From positions 124,001 to 188,000 of the forward strand of contig CAYMEV010000002.1 in the NCBI GenBank assembly GCA_964389675.1: a stretch of DNA of 64,000 bases. Reading direction: 5' to 3'. A model generated the notes under the pieces. It was not told where the DNA came from and ran no database searches. It worked only from the letters and a program-made list of their open reading frames with translations. The first letter of the stretch is position 1. Every line of letters begins with the position of its first letter. Source of the stretch: an uncultured Candidatus Sumerlaeota bacterium (GTDB taxonomy: Bacteria > CAYMEV01). Of this stretch, positions 28,405 through 37,899 are shown in pieces. Made by a program: the position numbers and the translations under genes.

Positions 28405-29394
28405 TCAGTACTTCCTGATGAGCCTGTCCTTATTTTTATGCCAGTCATAAGCGCTTTGAATCATATCCTCAAGTGTATGTGCCGGTTTCCACCCCAGAAG
28501 ACTGGTTATCTTTGAGCTGTCTGCAATCAGCCTGGAAGGGTCCCCTTTTCTTCTCGGGGATATCCGTGTTTTAATATCTTTGCCTGTTATAGACCGGACA
28601 GCACTGATTATCTCTTTTACGCTGTATCCTGTTTCTGATCCGAGATTGAAAACATCGGATTTATTATTGGACAGCAGATAGTCAAGGGAAAGCAGATGAG
28701 CCCTGCTGAGGTCGGTAATATGTATATAGTCCCTGATGCAGGTTCCATCAGGTGTATCATAATCATCTCCGAATATATCCAGATGTTTTCTTTTTCCAGT
28801 CACAATATCCAGTATTATTGGGATCAAATGTGTCTCAGGCTGGTGTGCTTCTCCCAGTTCTCCTGACTTATCAGCCCCGGCTGCATTAAAGTACCTCAGT
28901 GATATGCTTTTCAATCCATAAGACAGATCAAGGTCAGAGAGCATTTCTTCGATAAACAGCTTGCTTTTGCCATATGGATTTAATGGTTTTGTCGGGTGCT
29001 TTTCATTAATTGGCAGGTATTCAGGTTCACCGTATACTGATGCTGTTGATGAGAAGATGAAATATCTTATATTGTTCTTAACCATTGCATGCAGCAGGTT
29101 AACAGCACCTGTGATATTATTCTCAAAATACTGGATAGGATTAGAATATGAATCCCCTACGATATTCAGTGCTGCAAAATGCATTACGGCAAGAGGTTTT
29201 TCTCTTCCTGCTACTTCAAATATCCTGTCCTTATCAGTAAGGTCGCCTCTGTAGAAACGATTATGGCCTGTCAGTGAAATGTATCCATTAAATAGGTTAT
29301 CGAAAATTACAGGTTCATAACCTGCTAATTTAAGCTCCTTTGCAACATGTGAACCTATATAACCGGCTCCTCCGGTTACAAGTATTCTTTTCAT
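28405..29394 (-). CDS. galE: UDP-glucose 4-epimerase
   Basis: GGAGYIGSH, YGKSK, LRYFNAAG, PDGTCIRDYIH; start placed at MKRILV. Confidence 0.94.
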   Translation of the reverse strand: MKRILVTGGAGYIGSHVAKELKLAGYEPVIFDNLFNGYISLTGHNRFYRGDLTDKDRIFEVAGREKPLAVMHFAALNIVGDSYSNPIQYFENNITGAVNLLHAMVKNNIRYFIFSSTASVYGEPEYLPINEKHPTKPLNPYGKSKLFIEEMLSDLDLSYGLKSISLRYFNAAGADKSGELGEAHQPETHLIPIILDIVTGKRKHLDIFGDDYDTPDGTCIRDYIHITDLSRAHLLSLDYLLSNNKSDVFNLGSETGYSVKEIISAVRSITGKDIKTRISPRRKGDPSRLIADSSKITSLLGWKPAHTLEDMIQSAYDWHKNKDRLIRKY

Positions 29395-29546
29395 CCTTAA
29401 ACCTGCTTTATTTTTTTCTTCTATATAGTAAACAATCATTAAAAGTTCAAGAATTAAATTATATTGGACTTAATATTAAAATATTATATAGGTAATTAAC
29501 AGCATGAATATGCGGATCAAAAACTATAAAACCAAAGGAGCTTGAT

Positions 29547-30506
29547 ATGCCAATAAACCTTAAAGGAAGACATTTTCTGACACTTCTGGATTTTTCTCCT
29601 GAGGAGATACAATATCTCCTGGATCTTTCAGTCACATTGAAGAACAGTTTCAGGGCCGGACAGAAAAACAGGCTTTTAGACGGAAAATCAATTGCTCTCT
29701 TATTTGAGAAAACATCCACAAGAACAAGATGTGCATTTGCTGTAGCAGCTTCATCAGAGAGCGCCCATCCTGAATACCTTGGGAAAAATGATATCCAGAT
29801 GGGTAAGAAGGAGAGCATAAAAGACACAGCAAGAGTTCTATGCAGGTTCTTTGACGGCATTGAGTACAGGGGGTTTGAACACTCAATAGTCGAGGAGCTT
29901 GCAAGGTATTCCTATGTGCCTGTATGGAATGGGCTGACTGATCTGTATCATCCAACGCAGGTATTAGCCGATTTTCTTACAATATATGAAAATTTCCGCA
30001 GGCTTAAGGGTATAAGGCTGGTCTATGTAGGTGACGGAAGGAACAATGTCGCTAATTCTCTCATGATCGGATCGGCAAAGATGGGCCTGGATTTTGTGAT
30101 AAGCGCTCCTGAAAATCTTTTTCCTGAAGAGACGCTTATTAATAAGGCCAGGGATATTGCTTCAGAGACCAGGGCGAGCATAAATTTTGAGACAGACTGC
30201 AAAAAGGCAGTAAAGGATGCTGATGTAATATACACTGATGTATGGGTCAGCATGGGTGAAGAAGACAAACCGGGAATTGCCGAAAGGATTGAGTCTTTAA
30301 GGCCTTATCAGGTAAATTCCGAGCTGTTCAGGTCAACCCGTAAGGATAGTACAATCTTTATGCACTGCCTGCCTGCTCACCATACTCATGGCATACATGA
30401 TATGGAAGTGACAGAGGATATCTTTGAATCAGGGATCTCAAAGGTTTTTGATGAGGCTGAGAACAGGCTTCACACAATTAAAGCCATTATGGTGGCTACT
30501 TTATAG
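29547..30506 (+). CDS. argF: Ornithine carbamoyltransferase
   Basis: STRTR, HPTQ, DVWVSMG, HCLP. Confidence 0.95.
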   Translation: MPINLKGRHFLTLLDFSPEEIQYLLDLSVTLKNSFRAGQKNRLLDGKSIALLFEKTSTRTRCAFAVAASSESAHPEYLGKNDIQMGKKESIKDTARVLCRFFDGIEYRGFEHSIVEELARYSYVPVWNGLTDLYHPTQVLADFLTIYENFRRLKGIRLVYVGDGRNNVANSLMIGSAKMGLDFVISAPENLFPEETLINKARDIASETRASINFETDCKKAVKDADVIYTDVWVSMGEEDKPGIAERIESLRPYQVNSELFRSTRKDSTIFMHCLPAHHTHGIHDMEVTEDIFESGISKVFDEAENRLHTIKAIMVATL

Positions 30507-30563
30507 CACAGAGATTACTCTGTGCTTGGCAAAATACAGCACAGAGAGTACTCTGTGCTTGGC
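30505..30563. repeat. Tandem doublet of a 26-bp palindromic repeat (REP-like or double terminator)
   Basis: AGCACAGAG-ATTA-CTCTGTGCT-TGGC (30505-30530) and AGCACAGAG-AGTA-CTCTGTGCT-TGGC (30538-30563); 7-bp spacer, one mismatch. Confidence 0.9.
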
Positions 30564-31277
30564 TTAATTATTTGCCTCATTAAAGATGCAGATGCTTGAA
30601 ACTGGACATTCCATGCAGTAAGGTTTCCTTCTGCAGTGTGCTTTGGCGTGTTCCACGAGCAGACCGTGGTATTCCTTATAGACTGATGTATCATCTGGTA
30701 TAGAGCCTTCAATGAGCTCTCTTATCTCATCATATTCCTCATCACCGTCTATGATCCCCAGTCTGAAAAAGATTCGCCTTGTATATGAGTCTACTACGAA
30801 TACCGGCATATTAAATGCATAAAGCAGAATAGAATCGGCAGTTTCTTTCCCTATACCCCAGACTGAAAGAAGCATTTCCCTTGCAGTGCAGATACCATAA
30901 TCCCCGAGGGCATCAATGCTGCCATTCAGTTCGCTTTTTATGAACGACAGGAGGTATTTTATCTTTTTTGTTTTCTGGTTGAAATAACCTGCCTTTTTTA
31001 TCCTGCGGGAAAGCTCGCTGTGAGAAATCCTGTCAAGTGAGGGAAAATCTAACAAACCCTCTTCTTTCAGGCTGATCAATGTGGCTTCAACATTTTTCCA
31101 GCTCGTATTCTGTGTCAGGATAGCGCCAATACATATCTCAAATTTTTCATCTTCTGTCTTTTCCCTTTTATTAAACTCAGCTTTATAAAGGCATTTCTTT
31201 TCCTTTAAGAGAGGCCACCAGTTCTGGTATCCATAATTCGTTAAAAGAATGTCATACAGGTCACTGATTTTATTCAT
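30564..31277 (-). CDS. HhH-GPD DNA glycosylase, endonuclease III-related (MpgII-like), 4Fe-4S
   Basis: GAILTQNTSW, GIGKETADSILLYA, VVDSY, C-x6-C-x2-C-x5-C. Confidence 0.88.
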   Translation of the reverse strand: MNKISDLYDILLTNYGYQNWWPLLKEKKCLYKAEFNKREKTEDEKFEICIGAILTQNTSWKNVEATLISLKEEGLLDFPSLDRISHSELSRRIKKAGYFNQKTKKIKYLLSFIKSELNGSIDALGDYGICTAREMLLSVWGIGKETADSILLYAFNMPVFVVDSYTRRIFFRLGIIDGDEEYDEIRELIEGSIPDDTSVYKEYHGLLVEHAKAHCRRKPYCMECPVSSICIFNEANN

Positions 31278-31366
31278 TAATATATCTGCAATAATGTATT
31301 TAGATTGATTATTAATGGTTTTTCCTGTATTGTCAATCTATAAAACCGAGCAGGAGGTGGATAAGC

Positions 31367-32008
31367 ATGGTTACCAGTGATCTGATTATTCAGGAGATAC
31401 TTGCTCATTTTCCCGAACCGAAAATAGAGCTAAAGCATAAAAATGCCTGGCAGCTGTTTGTTTCTGTAGTACTTTCAGCTCAGTGCACAGATAAGACAGT
31501 CAATGAAACTACTGCAGGGCTTTTTAAGAAATATCCTGATATTGAGAGTTATCTGGGTATTAACAATGAAGAGCTCGAAAAGCTGATATATTCCACAGGT
31601 TTTTATAAGAATAAGTCCAGGACCATACTGAATGCAGCAAGGTTCCTTAAAGAAAAGCATGATGGACAGCTGCCTTCGACTATGGAAGAGCTTCTGAAAG
31701 TGCCCGGCCTCGGAAGAAAAAGCGCAAATGTAATACTCAGTGCATTATATAAAAAGAATGAAGGGATAGTTGTTGACACACATGTAAGCAGGGTTTCAAA
31801 AAGGCTGAAGCTTACAGGGCATAAGGACCCTGTAAAGATTGAAAGGGACCTGATGTCCTTTTTTGACAGGGACCAGTGGGGGACCCTCAGCATAGGGCTT
31901 GTTCTTTTTGGAAGGTATATATGCAAGGCAAAGAAACCTGAATGCAGCCTCTGCGGGCTTAAAGGATACTGCGGTTTCTATGAGGAAAATAATCATAAAA
32001 AGGATTAA
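31367..32008 (+). CDS. nth: Endonuclease III
   Basis: LSAQCTD, PGLGRKSANV, VDTHV, C-terminal Fe-S cluster motif; AGGAGG RBS. Confidence 0.94.
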   Translation: MVTSDLIIQEILAHFPEPKIELKHKNAWQLFVSVVLSAQCTDKTVNETTAGLFKKYPDIESYLGINNEELEKLIYSTGFYKNKSRTILNAARFLKEKHDGQLPSTMEELLKVPGLGRKSANVILSALYKKNEGIVVDTHVSRVSKRLKLTGHKDPVKIERDLMSFFDRDQWGTLSIGLVLFGRYICKAKKPECSLCGLKGYCGFYEENNHKKD

Positions 32009-32014
32009 TCAATA

Positions 32015-33697
32015 ATGTTCCTTCCAGTCAACAAAAATGACATGAGGCTTAGAGGCTGGGACCAATGCGATTTTATTCTGATCACACCCGATGCTTATGT
32101 TGACCATCCCTCATTTTCTGCATCAATAATATCAAGATTTATTGAGAGCTACGGATACCGGGTAGGCATAATATCTCAGCCGGACTGGCATGACCCTGCC
32201 AGCTTTCTTAAACTTGGCATTCCAAGGATTGCTTTCGGCATATCCGGAGGTAATGTCGATTCTATGGTTATGAACTATACTCCTTCTAAAAAAAGGAGAA
32301 AAAGCGATGCATACTGCGAGAACAACAGCCCCTATTTTCCTGATTCCAGACCCTCAGTTAAAAGCAGGATCAGGCCGGACAGGGCAACTATTGTTTACTG
32401 CAATCAGCTCAAAAGTGCATGCAGGGATAAGCCTGTCATAATCGGCGGAGTTGAGGCAAGCTTAAGAAGGTTTGCCCATTATGACTACTGGTCTGATAGT
32501 GTCAGAAGAAGCATACTGTTTGATTCAAGGGCAGATATACTCATATATGGCATGGGTGAATTTCCATTGCTTAAAGTCTTAAGATACCTGGAAGCCGGTA
32601 ACAGGACAGAAGACATAAGAATCCCGCAAACTGCTGTAATTAAAAGAGAGCTGGAAGGTTTGGGCGATATTGATTTCATTCCAAGCTATGACGAGGTTGC
32701 CGGTGATAAGGATAAATTTGCAGATGCTTTCATGAAAATATACAGGAATGCAGATAAAATGCCAATAGCGCAGAAACAGGACAGCAGGTTCCTCGTTTCA
32801 TTCCCTCCGATGCATATAGGCAATAAACAGCTCAATATGATCTATGACCTGCCCTTTGAAAGGAAACCCCACCCTGATTATAAATATATTCCTGCTTTTG
32901 ACATGATTAAGGAATCAATAACAATTCTAAGGGGCTGTTATGGCAATTGTTCTTTCTGTTCCATCAGTTTTCATCAGGGTAAAGAGGTTATATCAAGAAG
33001 CACCGAGTCTATCCTCAAAGAAATTGAAATACTATCCGGAATGGATTACTTTGAAGGCAGTATATCAGACCTGGGCGGTCCATGCCCCAATATGTATCAT
33101 TCCAGATGTCTGGCAAAAAACTGCAATGAAAAGAAATGCATTAGCGGGGGCAGCCTGTGCAAAAATATGAAACCGGGGCTTGAGGAATTTCTTAAGCTTC
33201 TAATAAAGGTAAAAAGGTTACCATTTATAGATAAACTTGATATTTCATCAGGTATAAGGGTAGAGGAGGAGCTGCTGCCGGATATACTTATTGATCATAT
33301 TATAAACAGGCTTAATATCGGCCAGCTTAAGATCGCCCCTGAATCCGGAAGCAGGAAAGTCCTTGATATTATGAATAAAACTCCTTTGGAGTGCTTTGAC
33401 AGGTTTTTCAAGGTGTTTTTGGAAATAAAAAGGAAATCAAAAAGCAGGATAAGGATGTATCCTTATTTTATAGCTGGGCACCCGGGTGAAGATGAAAACT
33501 GCCTGAAGGAGACAATTCAATTTATCGGGGAAAATGATCTGATATCTAATAACTGTCAGCAGTTTACACCGACCCCCATGACCCTTTCGACTGCGATATA
33601 TTATCTTGGCTTTCATCCGGAGACAAAAGATAAGATATTTGTTCAGAAAGACCAGAAGGTACTGAATGACTGGAAAAAGATGATCGTTGAAAGATGA
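32015..33697 (+). CDS. YgiQ/UPF0313 family radical SAM protein
   Basis: DAYVDHPSF, GGVEASLRRFAHYDYW, RGCYGNCSFC, PYFIAGHPG, FTPTPMT. Confidence 0.92.
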   Translation: MFLPVNKNDMRLRGWDQCDFILITPDAYVDHPSFSASIISRFIESYGYRVGIISQPDWHDPASFLKLGIPRIAFGISGGNVDSMVMNYTPSKKRRKSDAYCENNSPYFPDSRPSVKSRIRPDRATIVYCNQLKSACRDKPVIIGGVEASLRRFAHYDYWSDSVRRSILFDSRADILIYGMGEFPLLKVLRYLEAGNRTEDIRIPQTAVIKRELEGLGDIDFIPSYDEVAGDKDKFADAFMKIYRNADKMPIAQKQDSRFLVSFPPMHIGNKQLNMIYDLPFERKPHPDYKYIPAFDMIKESITILRGCYGNCSFCSISFHQGKEVISRSTESILKEIEILSGMDYFEGSISDLGGPCPNMYHSRCLAKNCNEKKCISGGSLCKNMKPGLEEFLKLLIKVKRLPFIDKLDISSGIRVEEELLPDILIDHIINRLNIGQLKIAPESGSRKVLDIMNKTPLECFDRFFKVFLEIKRKSKSRIRMYPYFIAGHPGEDENCLKETIQFIGENDLISNNCQQFTPTPMTLSTAIYYLGFHPETKDKIFVQKDQKVLNDWKKMIVER

Positions 33698-33735
33698 TAT
33701 TGAAGGCAGGATACCCTGTTTATTGAGGTAATCGG

Positions 33736-35136
33736 TCAGTTAAGAATCCAGTATAGCAAAGTTGATGGCTTTTTCCTGATTAGATAGTAACAGTATGTAT
33801 TTTTATTTTGCCTGGTTTCAATAAGAATGTTTACCTTTTCATAGAGTTTAAGGGGACTTAAATTAGACCCGACTTTGTGGTTTTCCCCAAGAATTTTTCT
33901 ATCCTGCCTGTCTGTAATGGCCTTCTCATAGATCATGAAAAAATTTGCAAAGAACATTGTATACAATACACAGATAAGCATCAAGACAGGTACTGCTTTT
34001 TTGTATCTTACAATAAGAGATGCCAGCATTATAATAAGATAGGGGAAGAGGCCCATGAGTATTCTCGGGCCGAAGCTTTTTCCCCCGTGCCAGATTGTAT
34101 AAAAGTTCATAAAGATAAATACAGTTAAAAGAACTGAAAGAAAGAGGTAAAATATTTTCTTTCGCTTCCACAGGGGAAAAATACCAAACATTGATATTAG
34201 GAACAGCGGAGCCCACATAAGGATGCCACGGGAAGGGGAGAAGAAATATTTCGGCAGATTGAAGGCTGATATACTGAACTGCCTATCAATATCCGGGAAT
34301 TCATGCGCAATATGCAGGTATCCGGAGGTGAGGACCTCTCCATAAAGACTGTAATTATAGATACCAAGGATTATAGCAAATGGAAGAACTCCCAAAGAGA
34401 AACATACAAGGCTGATGATATTCTTTTTTGAAAAACGGTGGTTTAGAATAATTATATATGAGAAATATGGTAATATATATATGAGATTGAAATTCTGGAC
34501 TAAAATTGAAGATCCAGTTGAAATGCCCAACAGGAGGTACAATACAGCTGTTCGAGTGTCTTTTTTATCCAGTATAATCAAAAATATCCAGAGAGACAGG
34601 GAAAGCAGGAAAATAACCAGAGCATGAGCATAGGATGGAGAGAACTGGCTGTAGTAAAAAAATGGAGTCCCCAGATATAATGCAAATATGGAGATAAAAG
34701 AACAGGAATATGGAAAGTACCTTATAAGCAACAGAAAGCCAATAATCAGGGAGCCCAGGGTGTAGAAAACCGTTCCCATGGTAATTCCTAAAACATCCCT
34801 GTTGCTGATAGAGGGATATCTGGATATTTCATCCTTGCATTCAATTCTATCAGGAAGGAAGCCTGATAATCTTAAAAAGGGATAATAAAAGAAAGCATAT
34901 CCGCAGCTGTACAGGAAACCTGGCCTTTCATCAATTCTGCTGACAGTCCTTCTGATATTTGGAATATCTTCAGGCACATATTCAGGATTAAACCCCCCCC
35001 CACGTTCAACTAAAAGCTTTGTCATTACATAATAAGTGATCCCGTCACCTTCAATATTCGGGGTCAGCCATAATATAGAAATAAGGAGAAAAAAAGCATT
35101 TATCAGAACTATATAGGTTATCTTTTTCCTGTTCAT
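33736..35136 (-). CDS. Polytopic membrane protein, GT-C fold glycosyltransferase-like
   Basis: About 10 hydrophobic segments; DG..YY first loop; FFSPSRG; WHGG.SFGPR. Confidence 0.65.
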   Translation of the reverse strand: MNRKKITYIVLINAFFLLISILWLTPNIEGDGITYYVMTKLLVERGGGFNPEYVPEDIPNIRRTVSRIDERPGFLYSCGYAFFYYPFLRLSGFLPDRIECKDEISRYPSISNRDVLGITMGTVFYTLGSLIIGFLLLIRYFPYSCSFISIFALYLGTPFFYYSQFSPSYAHALVIFLLSLSLWIFLIILDKKDTRTAVLYLLLGISTGSSILVQNFNLIYILPYFSYIIILNHRFSKKNIISLVCFSLGVLPFAIILGIYNYSLYGEVLTSGYLHIAHEFPDIDRQFSISAFNLPKYFFSPSRGILMWAPLFLISMFGIFPLWKRKKIFYLFLSVLLTVFIFMNFYTIWHGGKSFGPRILMGLFPYLIIMLASLIVRYKKAVPVLMLICVLYTMFFANFFMIYEKAITDRQDRKILGENHKVGSNLSPLKLYEKVNILIETRQNKNTYCYYLIRKKPSTLLYWILN

Positions 35137-35368
35137 CTAATACATCCTAGATTATGTATTATAAATGCTGATCAGCAATAATTTCCGGCAATCATTTTTA
35201 TGCAGTCGGCAACAGGAAATAAAAAAGCCTGCACAATATAACCTGACCATACGATTTTATCAGGCCAGGATGTCTTTATTATGCAATGCTTCTCATGTAT
35301 CGCCTTCAGTTCCCATAGCTGATGAGTTTTGCTGTCATGGGGCTTTTTCAGAAAGCCTGGTATTTATG

Positions 35369-36604
35369 CTATAATAAATGTATTGCAAGGCCGCTTCTCA
35401 GCTTGGGTTCAAACCAGGTTGATTTTGGCGGCATAAGCTTCCCTGCATCAGCAATGGATATCAGCTCTTCTATCGAGGTGGGGAACATTGAGAAAGCAAC
35501 TGTAAATTCCCCGCTGTCCACAAGCCTGACAAGCTCCCTGGTGCCCCTGATTCCTCCGATAAAATCTATTCTTTCATCTTTTCTCGGGTCCTTGATCCCG
35601 AGTATGGCATCAAGCAGATTGTTCTGCAGGATACTGCAGTCAAGGCTATCAACCGGGTCATCCTGATTATATGTGTTTTTTTTCGGTTTAAGTGTGTACC
35701 ATTCACCCCTGAGATACATTGAAATATTATGAGGGCTTTCAGGTTCTGCTTTATCTGTTTTATCCAGAGAAAAGGATTTTTTTATCTCATTGAGGAAGGC
35801 ATCAGGTGACAGGCCATTCAGGTCCTTTACGGCCCTGTTGTAAGGGAGTATGTTCATCTGGTTGTCAGGGAAAATGACACACAGAAAATAATTATATTCC
35901 TCTTTTCCAGTATGCTGTCTGCTCTCAGCCTTTTTCATATTCATGATCCTGACAGCAGAGGCGCTTCTGTGATGCCCGTCAGCAACATAAAGGGGATTGA
36001 CAGACTGAAAAAGGCCGGTAATCTGATGGATTTTGCCTTTATCCCTTAAAACCCAGAAGGTATGTTCAATATCATCCTCTGAAACAAAATGATATTCAGG
36101 ATCCTCCGCTGATGCCATATCAACTATTTCATCAATTTTTGGGTCATGCCTGTAGGTTATAAAAACAGGCCCGGTCTGTGCATTAAGGGTCTGTATATGC
36201 CTGGTCCTGTCATTTTCCTTATCTTCTCTTGTTTTCTCATGTTTCTTTATAATGTCCTTCTCATAATCATCACATGAACAGCATGCGACGATGCCTATCT
36301 GACTGTGGCCCCCCATTTTCTGCCTGTACAGGTATATGTACTCCTCCGGGTCCTGGGTAAAAAAGCCGTCATCTATCATTTTATCGAGGTTTTCTTTGCC
36401 TTTTTTATATACCTTCTCGTCATAGAGGTTAATATTCTCCGGAAGGTCGATCTCAGGCTTATTTATATGCAGAAAGCTTATAGGGTTTCCTTCTGCAATC
36501 TTGCGAGCTTCCTGTGAGTTGATTACATCATAGGGATGACTTGCTATCCTGCGAACATACTCCTTTTTGGGACGAAGCCCTCTGAAAGGTTTAATAATTG
36601 ACAT
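35369..36604 (-). CDS. DUF1015 family protein
   Basis: IKPFRGLRP, PYDV, KKHEKTR, YVADGHHR, MPPKSTWFEPKL. Confidence 0.92.
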   Translation of the reverse strand: MSIIKPFRGLRPKKEYVRRIASHPYDVINSQEARKIAEGNPISFLHINKPEIDLPENINLYDEKVYKKGKENLDKMIDDGFFTQDPEEYIYLYRQKMGGHSQIGIVACCSCDDYEKDIIKKHEKTREDKENDRTRHIQTLNAQTGPVFITYRHDPKIDEIVDMASAEDPEYHFVSEDDIEHTFWVLRDKGKIHQITGLFQSVNPLYVADGHHRSASAVRIMNMKKAESRQHTGKEEYNYFLCVIFPDNQMNILPYNRAVKDLNGLSPDAFLNEIKKSFSLDKTDKAEPESPHNISMYLRGEWYTLKPKKNTYNQDDPVDSLDCSILQNNLLDAILGIKDPRKDERIDFIGGIRGTRELVRLVDSGEFTVAFSMFPTSIEELISIADAGKLMPPKSTWFEPKLRSGLAIHLL

Positions 36605-36653
36605 TTAGTTATACCTCCTGTAAATATTCACTGATAAAAGGTATAGAGATTTA

Positions 36654-37814
36654 ATGATCATTAGTCAAGAAAACAAAAAAGGGATTTTTTTATGCATTTC
36701 AGTCCTGTCAACGGCATTTATATGGTGTATAATACCTTTTGCACGTGATTTGTCCGTTATTTTCAATCTATTACAGGAAAAGGGCCTTTTTTTCCCTTTT
36801 TTAGCAGTATCATTTATTGCTGTCTGGTCGATTTCTTTCATTCTAATGAAAGATTATCTGAAGATAGTATTTCCAGGGATGCTTATTTCATTTGCATCCA
36901 TAGCAGTCCTTTTATACTTTATGATTAATATACCCATACTCCTTGAAAAGATTCACCTCCTGATGTATGGTGCTTTATCGGTATTTCTGTATTTTTACCT
37001 CCTGTTTTTATATGATAAGGTCTATTCAGCATTGCTTTCAGCAGCTGTAACATTTAATATCGGCCTTATTGACGAACTGATCCAGTATTTTGTCCCGAAC
37101 AGAGTTGGAGATTACAGGGATATCTTTTTTAATTCAGTATCTGCAGTAATCGGGCTTGCTGTCTTCTACCCCCTTACCGCATACATGAAAAAGAGGACCG
37201 GCTATAAATCCGTTATAGCAGTTTATATTCTGTTTATATTGTTTTTTTCCGGATCATTCTTCTTTATATCCTTTATTCACGGCTTTGGATATAAGCATCA
37301 TGACGGCAATATAGTATTCTTTTCAACATTCAGAAAAGGGGATCTGATTGAATACGATGCTGTAAACAGGGGTTTATACGATAAAGAAGTCCGTGGCCTT
37401 ACAGGTGTAAAGATGAGTGATTATTTAGAAGCTTTCAGCAGAAGGAAGGACCCTTATATTTATGAGCTGATCATAAGAATCTACCGATATATTTCCTTTA
37501 AGAACAAAATAGAAGATGACACTATTGGCAAAAAGGAGATATTAAGGCTGGAAAACAGCTTAAAAGGCGAAGAATATATTCTTCGCACCTATTTTAGGAA
37601 TGGCATAAAACCTCTGGAAAATGAGGTTTTTAATCTTAAATTGAAACAAAACCCCCGCGGGAATGGTAAATATAAGAGCATGATACTGGATGACATTTTT
37701 TATTATTGTTCCAGGCCGGTTCTTGGTGCTTTTTTGCTGATAATCCAGGCAATTGTCGGAATAATTTTATATTACTGGTTTGTAATCAAAGGACAGAAAA
37801 TATTAAAAGCATAA
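36654..37814 (+). CDS. VanZ-like membrane protein
   Basis: EKIHLLMYG, DELIQYFVPNR, D..FN; multiple TM segments. Confidence 0.75.
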   Translation: MIISQENKKGIFLCISVLSTAFIWCIIPFARDLSVIFNLLQEKGLFFPFLAVSFIAVWSISFILMKDYLKIVFPGMLISFASIAVLLYFMINIPILLEKIHLLMYGALSVFLYFYLLFLYDKVYSALLSAAVTFNIGLIDELIQYFVPNRVGDYRDIFFNSVSAVIGLAVFYPLTAYMKKRTGYKSVIAVYILFILFFSGSFFFISFIHGFGYKHHDGNIVFFSTFRKGDLIEYDAVNRGLYDKEVRGLTGVKMSDYLEAFSRRKDPYIYELIIRIYRYISFKNKIEDDTIGKKEILRLENSLKGEEYILRTYFRNGIKPLENEVFNLKLKQNPRGNGKYKSMILDDIFYYCSRPVLGAFLLIIQAIVGIILYYWFVIKGQKILKA

Positions 37815-37829
37815 AAATTTCCGGTGATA

Positions 37830-37859
37830 TTGACTTTAGCCATTAGATTGCTGTATAAT
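37830..37859 (+). promoter_or_regulatory. sigma70-type promoter of the mutS2-dnaG-rpoD operon
   Basis: TTGACT-N18-TATAAT. Confidence 0.65.
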
Positions 37860-37899
37860 TATCTCAAGTTTCTGCACACCTTATTAAAGGAATTAATAT

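Noticed and set aside
30505-30563. CRISPR array
   Set aside because: Only two repeats, a 7-bp spacer and no cas genes
35137-35368. ncRNA, riboswitch or small ORF in the 230-bp gap
   Set aside because: Only short weak hairpins (e.g. GGCTTT-N5-AAAGCC at 35341); no recognisable motif; ORF 35165-35374 lacks an RBS
11584-36604. serC-DUF1015 functional cluster
   Set aside because: These genes are often adjacent in other bacteria, but here they lie ~23 kb apart with no serA, so there is no local operon
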